A DNA stretch of 64,000 nt from Myxococcota bacterium (lineage in GTDB: Bacteria > Myxococcota_A > SURF-8), in NCBI GenBank assembly GCA_965140415.1, contig OZ223209.1, positions 3,104,001 to 3,168,000 of the forward strand, written 5' to 3'. How positions within the stretch are numbered: the stretch's first letter is position 1; each line of letters begins with the position of its first letter. Both the position numbers and the translations under genes were made by a program. The notes under the pieces were generated by a model. The model searched no databases, was not told where the DNA came from, and saw only the letters and a program-made list of their open reading frames with translations. Of the stretch, positions 1-9,557 are shown in pieces.

Positions 1-178
1 AGAATATGAATAAGGTGGTCGCCCCCAGAATGATTACCAAAGAAAGCAGAATGCCTTGGATCATCCACCAGACATGGGAGGGTTCAAGCGAATGCTGAAC
101 GATCCACAGCACCAAAAGTGCCACGCTTGCGGATTGTGCCAGCACGAAAGCGGCGATGGGTAGTGCAACTCGTTTCAT
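1..178 (-). CDS. Partial CDS (5' end) of a membrane protein with two N-terminal TM helices, possibly a sensor histidine kinase
   Basis: Manual translation from ATG at 178 gives MKRVALPIAAFVLAQSASVALLVLWIVQHSLEPSHVWWMIQGILLSLVIILGATTLFIF, open to the window edge. Not in the ORF track. The kinase call is inference from topology only. Confidence 0.55.
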   Translation of the reverse strand, partial: MKRVALPIAAFVLAQSASVALLVLWIVQHSLEPSHVWWMIQGILLSLVIILGATTLFIF

Positions 179-226
179 GATCGAAGCATACCTTATTGAA
201 TTGGAAGGAACAAGCCAACGGAGGCT

Positions 227-246
227 TTTTACAGTTGTTTTACAGT
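227..246. promoter_or_regulatory. Direct repeat TTTTACAGT x2 (11-bp period), candidate OmpR/PhoB-type regulator site
   Basis: ttttacagt at 227-235 and 238-246 in a divergent intergenic region. Confidence 0.4.
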
Positions 247-336
247 GTAATCCATTCCCGATGCCTACAATGAAATACGTGATACGAAAAAAAAGGAGAC
301 CCAGGAACACACAACCTATAAACCTGGAGAAAGATT

Positions 337-1971
337 ATGTCACCTGAAAAGATGAAACGAGTGCTACTCAGCAGTGTCTGCAAACCTTTCGGCCCAGAAT
401 ATGGAGATGGTTTTGGAGTCAGTGCCGAGGGAACCCATCAGATCATGTGGGCGCAAGGCGTGTTTCGGGTTCGTGCAACGACTACGCAATGGGGGTTGGA
501 TTTCATTGCGGCGAATCTTAAAGCGCCGACCGTGACCCTGCATTATCCGAGCATGATAGAGTTCGTTCGCGAAATCAAAAAAGGATACGATTACATCGGT
601 ATCGCCTTTATCAGTGCGACTCTTCATAAGATGATTCCCATGGTGAAAGCCATTCGAAAGCATGCTCCGGAAAGCAAAATCGTTTTAGGCGGCTATGGAA
701 CCGCTCTCGGTAAAGATCGCTTGTCTTTATATGCCGATTGTATCTGTCAGGAAGAGGGTGTGCAGTTCATGAGACGCCTGCTTGGTGAAGATCCAAAGGC
801 GCCCATCGTCCAGCCGGATATATCACAAAAGCAAACGATCTTTTCCATCCCGATGACAGGTGAAACCGGTTATGTGTTTGGCGGTTTGGGATGTCCGAAT
901 GGTTGCGATTTCTGTGCGACCTCACACTATTTCAAGCGTAAGCATATCAAATTTCTTAAATCGGGTGATGAGATCCTTCAGGCAATCATCGATCTACGAC
1001 GCAAGCATCCGGATATGACCACCTTCTGGATCAACGATGAGGATTTCCTGCTAAATGAAAAACGAGGTCGCGAGTTCTTACGGGCGATTCGCGATTCCGG
1101 GCTGCCACCTTTGTCGCTGTCGGTTTTTGGCAGTGTGAAAGCCTTGTCTCAGTATGAGCCTTCCGAGTTGGTTGAAATGGGAATCGACTGGATTTGGATC
1201 GGCTATGAAGGCAAACGTGCCGGTTACGCCAAGCAGAAAGGGAAAAGCTATGAAGAATTGTTCACCTCGTTCCGGCAACATGGCATCAGCGTCCTGGCTT
1301 CAATGATCATCGGTTTCGATTATCAGACACCTGAGATCATTTATGAAGAATTCGAAGAGTTGATGAGGTTGCAACCGACAATGAGCCAGTTCTTGATTTA
1401 CGGTCCTTCTCCTGGGACACCACTGCAAACTCGACTTGAAAAGGAAGAACGTTTGGATCTTGCTGTAATGGCGGATAACCGCTTGCACGATGGCTTTACG
1501 CTTGGTTTTCAACATCCACACATCGATCGAGAAAAGATGTCACGGATTCAACGGGATCTGTATCGACAGGAATTCGAAAAGCTTGGGCCATCGATTTTCA
1601 GAGTGGTGGATTGCATGTTAAACGGTTATGAGCAATTACGCGAACATCCTGCGGATCGGGTATGGCAAAAAGCGGAATACTATCGCCAGTTGTGTCATAG
1701 AGCCATGATACTGCTTCCCGCCAGTTATTCCAAAGCTCCGAAAGCAAGTGTCACTTGGTTACATGATTTGTATGACAGGCTGGAAACAGCGACCGGACCG
1801 CTTTCAGCTATTGAACGTGTTCAGGCGGCATTCGTTCCCGCGTTGATTCGCTTAACCGAATTCAAGAAAAACCGTGACATCGGGCAACAGCCGTCCTTCA
1901 CCCGTAGGCGTTACCGATGGTCGTCGGCAAGACCACAAAGCAAACTGCGCCCTATAGCGGATCATGCATAG
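337..1971 (+). CDS. Cobalamin-binding radical SAM protein
   Basis: CxxxCxxC motif (GCPNGCDFC); N-terminal B12-binding-like segment (YDYIGIAF...KIVLGGYG); GGAG RBS. Confidence 0.85.
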   Translation: MSPEKMKRVLLSSVCKPFGPEYGDGFGVSAEGTHQIMWAQGVFRVRATTTQWGLDFIAANLKAPTVTLHYPSMIEFVREIKKGYDYIGIAFISATLHKMIPMVKAIRKHAPESKIVLGGYGTALGKDRLSLYADCICQEEGVQFMRRLLGEDPKAPIVQPDISQKQTIFSIPMTGETGYVFGGLGCPNGCDFCATSHYFKRKHIKFLKSGDEILQAIIDLRRKHPDMTTFWINDEDFLLNEKRGREFLRAIRDSGLPPLSLSVFGSVKALSQYEPSELVEMGIDWIWIGYEGKRAGYAKQKGKSYEELFTSFRQHGISVLASMIIGFDYQTPEIIYEEFEELMRLQPTMSQFLIYGPSPGTPLQTRLEKEERLDLAVMADNRLHDGFTLGFQHPHIDREKMSRIQRDLYRQEFEKLGPSIFRVVDCMLNGYEQLREHPADRVWQKAEYYRQLCHRAMILLPASYSKAPKASVTWLHDLYDRLETATGPLSAIERVQAAFVPALIRLTEFKKNRDIGQQPSFTRRRYRWSSARPQSKLRPIADHA

Positions 1972-2629
1972 GAGAACAACAGGGGGTCACTCGCTTGTCA
2001 TCGGCAATGATGGGCAGACTGCACTGTTTAGAGAATACGACATGCAATAAAAAAGCAGTTGCGGCACCGGCAACAAGATCCATTAAGTAATGTTGCTTGG
2101 TGGTCAGGCAAGACATACTGATGATGACTGTTTACAACAGAAATAGCCATCCACGATTGCGATTCTGACCAAGCATGGAAAAGGCGGCTAAAAAGGCCAT
2201 GCCGACGTGCAGGCTGGGAAAGCAGTTGCGAGGCGGGTCCAAGGTCCACATCTGTTGATACATCCAGGCAAAGTATCCTCCCGGTTCGAAGCCTTCTCTT
2301 GGATAATAACTGGGCCAGAATAGAAAGATCAGACCGTAAACGGCGATCATCACCAATCCCGCAGATATTGCACAGCCGAAACGCCGCGTTTGTAACAGCC
2401 ACATTCCTAAAAAGATCTGTAGGAATACGGATAGATAAGGGAGGATGGTCCAATCGACAAAGGGGATGTTTCTTTCAAAAGAAAGCATGGGCCAGTCGGT
2501 AGCGGGGAACAAATTGAGAAACATGTTTCCCCGATATGCCAGAGACCAAAGTGCCAGACCGACAACAAAGGCATGCCAGCGGGGACGAGCGTCGAATTCT
2601 GCTGAGATGTGGGCCACAATGTTTTTCAT
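1952..2629 (-). pseudogene. PAP2-superfamily membrane phosphatase/phosphotransferase (AUR1/IPC-synthase-like) interrupted by an in-frame TAA at 2132-2134
   Basis: Upstream part has NCFPSLHV. Reading through the TAA gives TVIISMSCLTTKQHYLMDLVAG, the PAP2 C-terminal catalytic motif, ending at TAG 1952-1954. Confidence 0.75.
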
Positions 2630-2881
2630 GGCCAATCTTTCCACTCGAACCAAATTTCGTTCGAGTTGCTTTAATTATACCGTAACAGCATGTTCAATCA
2701 TAGACAAACGATCATTTGTTATGCTTTATTACGTATCATTTTCCGATATTGCTTTGATCCTTTACCTGATTTGTTTTCTGTGCTAGAAAGTAATTGCTCT
2801 ACGCTAGCGATACACGTTATTTGTACCGTTCGCATTGAAGTTGGATGTTCTAGTCGTTCTGCTTGGCAAGGAGTTATAGAA

Positions 2882-4321
2882 ATGAAGTTCAGTAAGTCCC
2901 TTGGCGGTTACAAGTCTTTATGCTTCCTTTTCGTCTTGATATTGCTCTGTTGGCTTCCTGCCTGTGGAGGAGAAGACGACAGCGTCATCGATGGTGACAC
3001 GGATCTGGAGCAGGGTGATGTCGTGACCGAACCGACGAAATTCCTGCTCGGCTATTCTGAAATCGATATTACACCCTATCCAGAATTTGAAACGGTGCTG
3101 ATGGGTTCCTACGGCGTTCCTAGCGTTCATCGCGCCATGGTCGGTGTGCACGATCCCTTGATGGCACAAGTGGCGCTGATCAAGAACGACGCCAACCAGG
3201 CATTTATGCTCGTTTCGCTGGATCTTTGCGGATATTCCTTTGAGTTCGCCGATAACGGTCCTGGCGTGCGCGAAGTAAGAGAAAGCATTTCCGAGGCTCT
3301 GTCGGATATCTTGACAATCGCTCCTGAGCAGATCGTTTTAGCCTCCAGCCACAATCACACCAGTACGGATCTGGTTGGTATGCACCAGGATATCGGCGGT
3401 ACGATCTCGCGCGATCTTCTGGAATGGCATGTGGAAAAGATTACCACGGCAGCAGTGGAAGCGGCCCAATCGTTTACTGAAGTGGACTTGTTTTTCTCCG
3501 AAACGGAATTGGTTGGCTATGCAGGCCGAGACGAAGTGCCTGTCGGCAGCGGTCAACGCTGTTCGGAAGTGATCGACGATCGCATTTACACCATGCGTGC
3601 AAAAGATAAAGACGGTCAGGTGATGTTAACCGTCACCAATTACGCCAAGCATCCGACGCAAATCGACTGGTTGTTAAAAGAAGCTACGGCGGACTATATC
3701 TGGGCTTACCGGTTGGAAATCGAAGAGAAGACCGGCGGAGAAGCCATGTTCATTCAGAGTTTTGAAGCGGCTGTTCACGATGGCGATGCCTATGCGGACA
3801 TTCCCGGCGAAGAAGGCAGTTACGAAAAAACCGAGAATTTCGGGCGACTGTTTGCCAACGCCGTTATTGATGGGACGGAGAACGAAGTCAAGGCTGAAGA
3901 ATTCGATATCGAACATAAAGAAGAAGTGTTTCCCCTCAAGGGACATGGTTTCTATCGCGACCTGGCCAAGTATGCAAGACTGGATCTGCGTAGTTTCGAT
4001 GTGGCGGAAGACACCTGCTATATTCTAAAGTATGTTCCCGCTAGCTGGCACAAACTGGGACCGGCACAGTTTGTTGTTTGGCCTGGAGAGATCGCTCCGG
4101 AATATGGTGTGGCGATTCGTGAACGTATGCAGACTCCAGTAAAATTCTTGGTAGGCTTGGGAAACGATCAAGTTGGCTACATCGTGGATGCGGAATCCGT
4201 GGCAAACGATCCGACGGGAAAACTGGCTAAATATGAAGCTAATACGGGACCGGGAATTGGCGCCGGGGAAGTGATCATGGAAGTGATGGAATCCTTCGAC
4301 TTCATGACAGCAAAAGAATAA
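2882..4321 (+). CDS. Lipoprotein with neutral/alkaline ceramidase-like domain
   Basis: AAGGAG RBS before ATG 2882; lipobox LPA-C; VIDGDTD linker; HDPLMAQ, ASSHNHTS and NYAKHPT resemble neutral ceramidase N-domain motifs. Confidence 0.7.
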   Translation: MKFSKSLGGYKSLCFLFVLILLCWLPACGGEDDSVIDGDTDLEQGDVVTEPTKFLLGYSEIDITPYPEFETVLMGSYGVPSVHRAMVGVHDPLMAQVALIKNDANQAFMLVSLDLCGYSFEFADNGPGVREVRESISEALSDILTIAPEQIVLASSHNHTSTDLVGMHQDIGGTISRDLLEWHVEKITTAAVEAAQSFTEVDLFFSETELVGYAGRDEVPVGSGQRCSEVIDDRIYTMRAKDKDGQVMLTVTNYAKHPTQIDWLLKEATADYIWAYRLEIEEKTGGEAMFIQSFEAAVHDGDAYADIPGEEGSYEKTENFGRLFANAVIDGTENEVKAEEFDIEHKEEVFPLKGHGFYRDLAKYARLDLRSFDVAEDTCYILKYVPASWHKLGPAQFVVWPGEIAPEYGVAIRERMQTPVKFLVGLGNDQVGYIVDAESVANDPTGKLAKYEANTGPGIGAGEVIMEVMESFDFMTAKE

Positions 4322-4350
4322 GTCCTCCATTTAAATGGTTCAAACAAATC

Positions 4351-4400
4351 GGCGGTTGCAACGCTGTTATTTATATCCAGCCTTGCAACCGCCTTTTTTT
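4351..4400 (+). terminator. Probable intrinsic terminator
   Basis: GGCGGTTGCAA (4351-4361) / TTGCAACCGCC (4383-4393) followed by T7; the loop is long. Confidence 0.55.
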
Positions 4401-4431
4401 GTCATGCACTATCAAGAAGACCGTCTGTCCG

Positions 4432-5877
4432 TTAATCCTTCGAGTTGAAGATGAACGGGTAGGTCACCACGACCACACCTCCCTGCTTGGGTTGCGGGAA
4501 AAGGATGCGTTTCATCGTTAGGCTGACACACTGCTCGACCGCGTGATTTTTAAGCGTCGACACACGGATGGCAGAGGAAGAAACCGAGCCGGCAGCGCCG
4601 ATGGTGAACTGCACGGAAATTTTTCCGTACAATCGCGGATTTTTCTGCAATTCCTTCTGGTAGCAATAACGAAATTGGGAATGATGCTTGCGAATCACAC
4701 GCGCGATAACGGATTTGTCCAAGCCTCCGATCACGGTGGACGTTCCCGTTTCTACATTGGCCAGCATATTGTTCTTTTTCAGAGGATCCGAGTCCCCAAT
4801 ACCGTATTTCAGATTGGTTTTTCCTCCAAGTCGGCCACGGGTTCCAATGCCGCCGATCCCAAGCGCATCACCGCCACCACCGCTACCCGGTCCTCGTGAT
4901 CCCAAGCCTCCGGTACCACGCATGTCCATATCGGGAATGCCTTGCAGCATTCCCAGCGTTTTTTCAAGACCGGCTCCCAATCCACCGCTTCCAAAAAGGC
5001 GATCCATGCGCTCGAATCCGGTATCCATCGCACCTAGAATTCCAGCATGAGAAGCCACCGCTTCATCCTCCAGTCGTCGTTTTGAACTTCCCTGTGTGGT
5101 ATCCAATTCGCTTTTTTCCGTTCCCGTGCGACCTTCTTTGCCTAGTGACTTGGGCTGGGAAGTGAATTTAACGGAATCGATTTTCGGTTTCTCGATGAGT
5201 TCCTGTAAAGCCGCTAGGCTTCGGCCATCCCAACGGTCCCGGACGTCGTCTAAAATATCTGCGACTTCGGGGGCGGGCAGGGTATTGATCCAGGCGACCA
5301 GCAGAAACAGCCCCATGTATAGCAGTGTCATTACCGAAGAAAACGGCGTGTCGATTCTGCGAATAAGGGGTGTTCGCTTTAATGATTCCGGGTTTACCAG
5401 GCGCAGATGATAAGAAAACGGACCGAAATTCGCCGTTGCGCCGACATCGGGTGAAAGATTCAACACGATTCCATTGCCATCCCGAGAGGCCAGACCGCTG
5501 GCCAGTGCGTCATCCAGCGTCAGTTTCTCATGATCCCGGTATACCCAGCCACCCGATTTGCGCTGAAACCGAATTAGACTGCGATGCTTTGAATCCGGTG
5601 GCACCAGGGTATGTGGACCGTTTTCCAGATAGTCGTTGAATATGGAAAACGTGCAGCCTTTGCCTTCGCCCAAGGTAATCGGCACGCCGCATTCGAAGTG
5701 TCGGACATTGAGCAGCGTGTTGCCCCATAGCACCTCGCGTACCTCTACAAGGTAGCGCCCAGGTTCGGGTTTGTGATGGATACTGGGAATGACTTCCAGC
5801 AGGCTGCGTTTCTTCCTGGCCGAATCGGGAATTCGATAGGAAATGGTTTTCGATGATAGGTGAATGTCGTTTTTCAT
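4432..5877 (-). CDS. AgmX/PglI C-terminal-domain (TonB-C-like) membrane protein, GltG-like
   Basis: N-terminal LWGNTLL beta region, one TM, Gly-rich linker, C-terminal IARVIRKHHSQFRYCYQKELQKNPRLYGKISVQFTI...FPQPKQGGVVVVTYPF. Confidence 0.8.
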   Translation of the reverse strand: MKNDIHLSSKTISYRIPDSARKKRSLLEVIPSIHHKPEPGRYLVEVREVLWGNTLLNVRHFECGVPITLGEGKGCTFSIFNDYLENGPHTLVPPDSKHRSLIRFQRKSGGWVYRDHEKLTLDDALASGLASRDGNGIVLNLSPDVGATANFGPFSYHLRLVNPESLKRTPLIRRIDTPFSSVMTLLYMGLFLLVAWINTLPAPEVADILDDVRDRWDGRSLAALQELIEKPKIDSVKFTSQPKSLGKEGRTGTEKSELDTTQGSSKRRLEDEAVASHAGILGAMDTGFERMDRLFGSGGLGAGLEKTLGMLQGIPDMDMRGTGGLGSRGPGSGGGGDALGIGGIGTRGRLGGKTNLKYGIGDSDPLKKNNMLANVETGTSTVIGGLDKSVIARVIRKHHSQFRYCYQKELQKNPRLYGKISVQFTIGAAGSVSSSAIRVSTLKNHAVEQCVSLTMKRILFPQPKQGGVVVVTYPFIFNSKD

Positions 5878-5894
5878 TTTTGGATCTCCTTTCC

Positions 5895-5923
5895 CGGCTG
5901 GCCGATATCGAACCGGCCAGCCG
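5895..5923. repeat. 10-bp perfect GC-rich inverted repeat between the VIT-vWA gene and the GltG-like gene
   Basis: CGGCTGGCCG (5895-5904) / CGGCCAGCCG (5914-5923), just upstream of the AAGGAG RBS; no U-tract. Confidence 0.6.
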
Positions 5924-5957
5924 ATTTGGGAGGTTGCAAGGATCGAAACTTCCGATA

Positions 5958-8543
5958 CTAGCGATGAATGAATGTCAAGCTCGCGCGGACTCGCACCGTT
6001 TTCTTCGTTTTGAAATTCGAAAGTTTCAGGTAGCTCAGCATCTCCGTGATTTCGCGTTCGAGAGAGGGCAGCAGCAGGCTGCTTTTCTCGATGGAAACCG
6101 AGACTACGTGCCCGTTCTGGTCGATTTGCAGGCTCAGTCGAATTTCACCTGAAAGCGATGGATTGCTGGCGCGCTTTTTCATGTACAGGGATTTCATTTT
6201 CGGCAACAGTTTTTTCAGCGCATGCTGAATGATATTCTGCTGATCCTTTGAAATCGCATCGACGATAACCAGCGTACCGAGACGGACATAGGATGTCGGT
6301 GCAGAGGCTTTCTTTTCTGTCTTGGTCGCCTCCAGCAATGGTTCGGCTTCCTCTTCTGCCATGACTTTGTCCAGGCATGGTGCGGATTTGCTTTTGGCCA
6401 TGCCGCCGCCGCCTCGTCCATACCCACGGATGGACAATCCTCCGCTTCCATATGAAGATGCCCTGCTTTGTGCCAACGCACCCAATGTACCGACAGCCAT
6501 ATTCGAAACACCTTGCGGCAATGGCAGCGGTTGCTTGACCGTAGTGGATTCTCCCGAACCGCGAATTTCAGAGTCGATGGCGACAAATGAGGTGTAGTCT
6601 GTCAGCAGGCTGTATTTTAACCCCAGATCGGTCACTTCCTGAATGCGGGAATTGTCGCCGGTCAGTTTTTGCATGTCCGACAGTCGCGAGATCTTGTGTC
6701 GCGCCCACAGGTATTTCAGTGCGCGATTGTTGCTCGACTGATCCGCCGACTGCATGTTCATCGTTTTGGTGAAGCGCGCACGCGGAGTAAGCCCGGTCAC
6801 TTCGATTTCGCCTGTGGCGTCCCCCTTGTACTTGCCGAACAGAATCAACGGGCGCTTGGCGAACAGATCCGGCAGGGCGACCGGCTCGACGTCGTACACA
6901 TCGGCCCCGTGAAAGGAAACCTCGATATCGGTCAGTACCGGGCTTTGAATGTACTCTCTGAAACGATCTGCCGTTTTTTCCGCCTCCTGCGGATCGAGGA
7001 TCACGAAAGGCTCGCCCAATCCCGCACGCGCCATGCCTTCGATCAGAAAGCGGTTGACGCTCGATCCAATCCCGAAGGGGAACAGGTTGGCATCGGAAAG
7101 GCTGGAAGAAATCAGTTCGAAAGCTTCTTTCTCAACAGCGATATAGCCATCGGTTGCAATCACCACCGTTCTGGAAACGCCTTCCGCTTTAGGCAATGAC
7201 AGGGCACGCTTCAGGGCCGGTAGCAATTCCGTGCCGCCGCCGCCATGCTGATGGTCGATCAATCGGATCGCTTTCTGAATATTCGACTTGTTGGCTACCA
7301 GCGGTTTGGGGGAAAGAACCGAGTTTCCACCGGCGAAGAGCAACACGTTGAAGAAATCGTTGGAACGCAGGTTGGAAAGCAGGTCGCGCATCAACTTTTT
7401 ACTGATTTCCAGTGGGAATCCGTTCATGGAGCCGGATACATCCACGATGAACACGTACTCTCTGGGAGTGATTTCGGTCTCTTTAACCCGCTTGGGAGGC
7501 TCCATCATCATCAGGAAGAAATTTTCTTCTTCTCCGGGATAGAGCAGCACACCGCTTTGGATCTGTTTGCCCTGCAAGCGGTAATCCAATACGAAATCCC
7601 GGTTGCCGTTTTCGGCTTTTTCATCCAGTTCGATTTCCACGCTTTTCTCGTCCGGGTAATCTACCCAGATATCGTGGCTGCGACTTACGATTTCGGAAAC
7701 CGGAATGCCGCCATGCAGCGTTGCATGCAATCCGAAAGTGAAAGGAGCGTTTTCGCCTTTATGCAGGTATGGATTTTTGACCCAGGCCTGTCGATCATCG
7801 GCGGAGGACTCAGATTGATTGGAATAGCGTGGACCGACCACGGTCGGGTATACGAATTCATAAATGCCATCTTCCGGGGCCAATAATTCCGTGTAAAGGA
7901 GTTCGACCTTGATCTCATCGCCGGGAAGGATGTTGGCGACATTCATCTGGAAAACGTTGGGACGTTGCTGTTCCAATAAGGAAGCGGTGCGTCCATCCGC
8001 CTTGGCCTGTTCGTAATCGGCGCGTGCCTGTTCGCGTTCTTTGATCTGAGCTTCAATCACACGCTCGCCGATCGTCATTTTCATGGCGTGAACGGCTGCC
8101 TTTGTGGATGCTGGAAAAATGTAAATCGCTTCCAATGTCTGCCGCCCGACATTTTTATATAGCTGGGTGACTTTGACACTGGCGATTACGCCGCTGATGT
8201 CGATGTCGGCTCGTGTCATCTTCAATGGCAGAGCATCCACTTCATCGCTTTCACTCTGCACGAAGAAATATGGAGAAAGTGTCTTGTCCTTCTGTAAGTT
8301 GTTCTCGGTTTCCGGTAGCGATTTCGGATCGGCCTTGACGAGCGTACGTGATGACGTACTCATATTTGAATTCTTCATTTCAACTTCGCAACCGGAACAA
8401 TTGGCAGGCGCAGGACGTTCGGCCTGTGCCTCGCCAAAATAAAGCCAGACGGAAATGCAGGCCACCACGCTGACAAGAAAGAGGGCGACCAGGGCGGCCA
8501 CATCGGCATCCACTGAATAACGGTTTCTGATTTTCGTTTTCAT
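5958..8543 (-). CDS. VIT + vWA domain protein with C-terminal AgmX/PglI-like domain
   Basis: GAGGAGG RBS before ATG 8543; N-terminal TM; VIT (LEAIYIFP...ASLLEQQRPNVFQMNVANI); vWA MIDAS DVSGS, GGGT and TDG; C-terminal NPSLSGEIRLSLQID. Confidence 0.85.
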   Translation of the reverse strand: MKTKIRNRYSVDADVAALVALFLVSVVACISVWLYFGEAQAERPAPANCSGCEVEMKNSNMSTSSRTLVKADPKSLPETENNLQKDKTLSPYFFVQSESDEVDALPLKMTRADIDISGVIASVKVTQLYKNVGRQTLEAIYIFPASTKAAVHAMKMTIGERVIEAQIKEREQARADYEQAKADGRTASLLEQQRPNVFQMNVANILPGDEIKVELLYTELLAPEDGIYEFVYPTVVGPRYSNQSESSADDRQAWVKNPYLHKGENAPFTFGLHATLHGGIPVSEIVSRSHDIWVDYPDEKSVEIELDEKAENGNRDFVLDYRLQGKQIQSGVLLYPGEEENFFLMMMEPPKRVKETEITPREYVFIVDVSGSMNGFPLEISKKLMRDLLSNLRSNDFFNVLLFAGGNSVLSPKPLVANKSNIQKAIRLIDHQHGGGGTELLPALKRALSLPKAEGVSRTVVIATDGYIAVEKEAFELISSSLSDANLFPFGIGSSVNRFLIEGMARAGLGEPFVILDPQEAEKTADRFREYIQSPVLTDIEVSFHGADVYDVEPVALPDLFAKRPLILFGKYKGDATGEIEVTGLTPRARFTKTMNMQSADQSSNNRALKYLWARHKISRLSDMQKLTGDNSRIQEVTDLGLKYSLLTDYTSFVAIDSEIRGSGESTTVKQPLPLPQGVSNMAVGTLGALAQSRASSYGSGGLSIRGYGRGGGGMAKSKSAPCLDKVMAEEEAEPLLEATKTEKKASAPTSYVRLGTLVIVDAISKDQQNIIQHALKKLLPKMKSLYMKKRASNPSLSGEIRLSLQIDQNGHVVSVSIEKSSLLLPSLEREITEMLSYLKLSNFKTKKTVRVRASLTFIHR

Positions 8544-8806
8544 GAGATCCTCCTCTCTGGGGTTGTTCGGATCATTTCTTGCCATATTCTACAATCGGTG
8601 CTATAGTATTGCCTGATTGTTCCTGAACGAACGGGTCTTCATGCTGGAACAATGAAATGGCAAGGATCCGATAAAAACTGAAAAACACTTGATGTATCTC
8701 AAAGAACGGGTACAACTCATGGGTCATGCAAGAAATTAAAACTGTTTATTCGTGCAGTTTCTTGCTTAAGAAACAGGTTAATTTTCAACGATCACAATTT
8801 TAAGAT

Positions 8807-8820
8807 TGCACGTACGTGCA
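8807..8820. promoter_or_regulatory. Perfect 14-bp palindrome TGCACGTACGTGCA, candidate operator
   Basis: Lies 26 nt upstream of the XRE gene ATG; a second dyad GTTTCTT-N4-AAGAAAC is at 8757-8774. Confidence 0.45.
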
Positions 8821-8845
8821 TCTTTGTCAACAGGAAAATGCAATA

Positions 8846-9373
8846 ATGGACACTTTTTCGGATCGAATCGAGCAGGTCAGGCAAGCGTTAGGTCTGAAGG
8901 CCAATGCATTTGCTGAACAATTGGACGTTCCATACCGGACCTACATGAACTATAAAACCGGTCGAACGCCCCCTGTGGAACTGCTTCCCAAACTGGTCGA
9001 GTTGTATGACGTCAATCCTTCATGGCTTATGACTGGTAAGGGTGATATCTTTAATTCGCCTGATAATACCGATCAATCGGAGAGCGACGATTCGGATGAA
9101 ATGGATGAGGACGAGAACGATTTCGAATCGCCGTCGCAACGTTCCTATGATGGCGATGATGATCCGGATACTGGTGACGAAAGTGCAATAATGGGCAATT
9201 ATTTGTCTGGGCTGTCCGATTCTGCAGAATCTCCTGAGCAACTTCACCTGAAACTGATGAACCACCTGGTCGATCTGCACGCCGAAAACCGAATGCTGCG
9301 GCAGCGTGTGGAGGAATTGGAGGTCAAACTGTTTCGAGAACGCAAACGCAGTCGCCGCGCACGCCGTCAATAA
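8846..9373 (+). CDS. XRE-family HTH transcriptional regulator
   Basis: RIEQVRQALGLKANAFAEQLDV...YKTGRTPP...VNPSWLMTGKG HTH; acidic linker; C-terminal coiled coil. Confidence 0.85.
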   Translation: MDTFSDRIEQVRQALGLKANAFAEQLDVPYRTYMNYKTGRTPPVELLPKLVELYDVNPSWLMTGKGDIFNSPDNTDQSESDDSDEMDEDENDFESPSQRSYDGDDDPDTGDESAIMGNYLSGLSDSAESPEQLHLKLMNHLVDLHAENRMLRQRVEELEVKLFRERKRSRRARRQ

Positions 9374-9557
9374 TTCTTCAATGACGAATTTCCGGTAATT
9401 CTATCGGGATTTTGGCTAGACAACCCCCGATTTCTTCCCATAATGGTTAATGGCCTTCCATTTTTCCACTGGTGGACTCTGTCACTGGTTTGAAATGTGA
9501 AGTCCAATTGGATCGTATTGTCCAGTCACCTAACGCAAAGCTAACGAGGTCTGATTC

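Noticed and set aside
2132-2134. TAA reassignment (alternative genetic code)
   Set aside because: TAA terminates many intact genes here (e.g. at 4321, 13193, 51465), and only one internal case was seen.
2690-2881. N-terminal extensions in the ORF track (also 8544-8585, 24546-24584, 32971-33003, 52400-52489)
   Set aside because: Downstream starts have better SD motifs and/or match the expected family N-termini or signal peptides.
8846-9373. Prophage repressor marking a prophage
   Set aside because: No phage structural, replication or integrase genes nearby, and no S24 domain.
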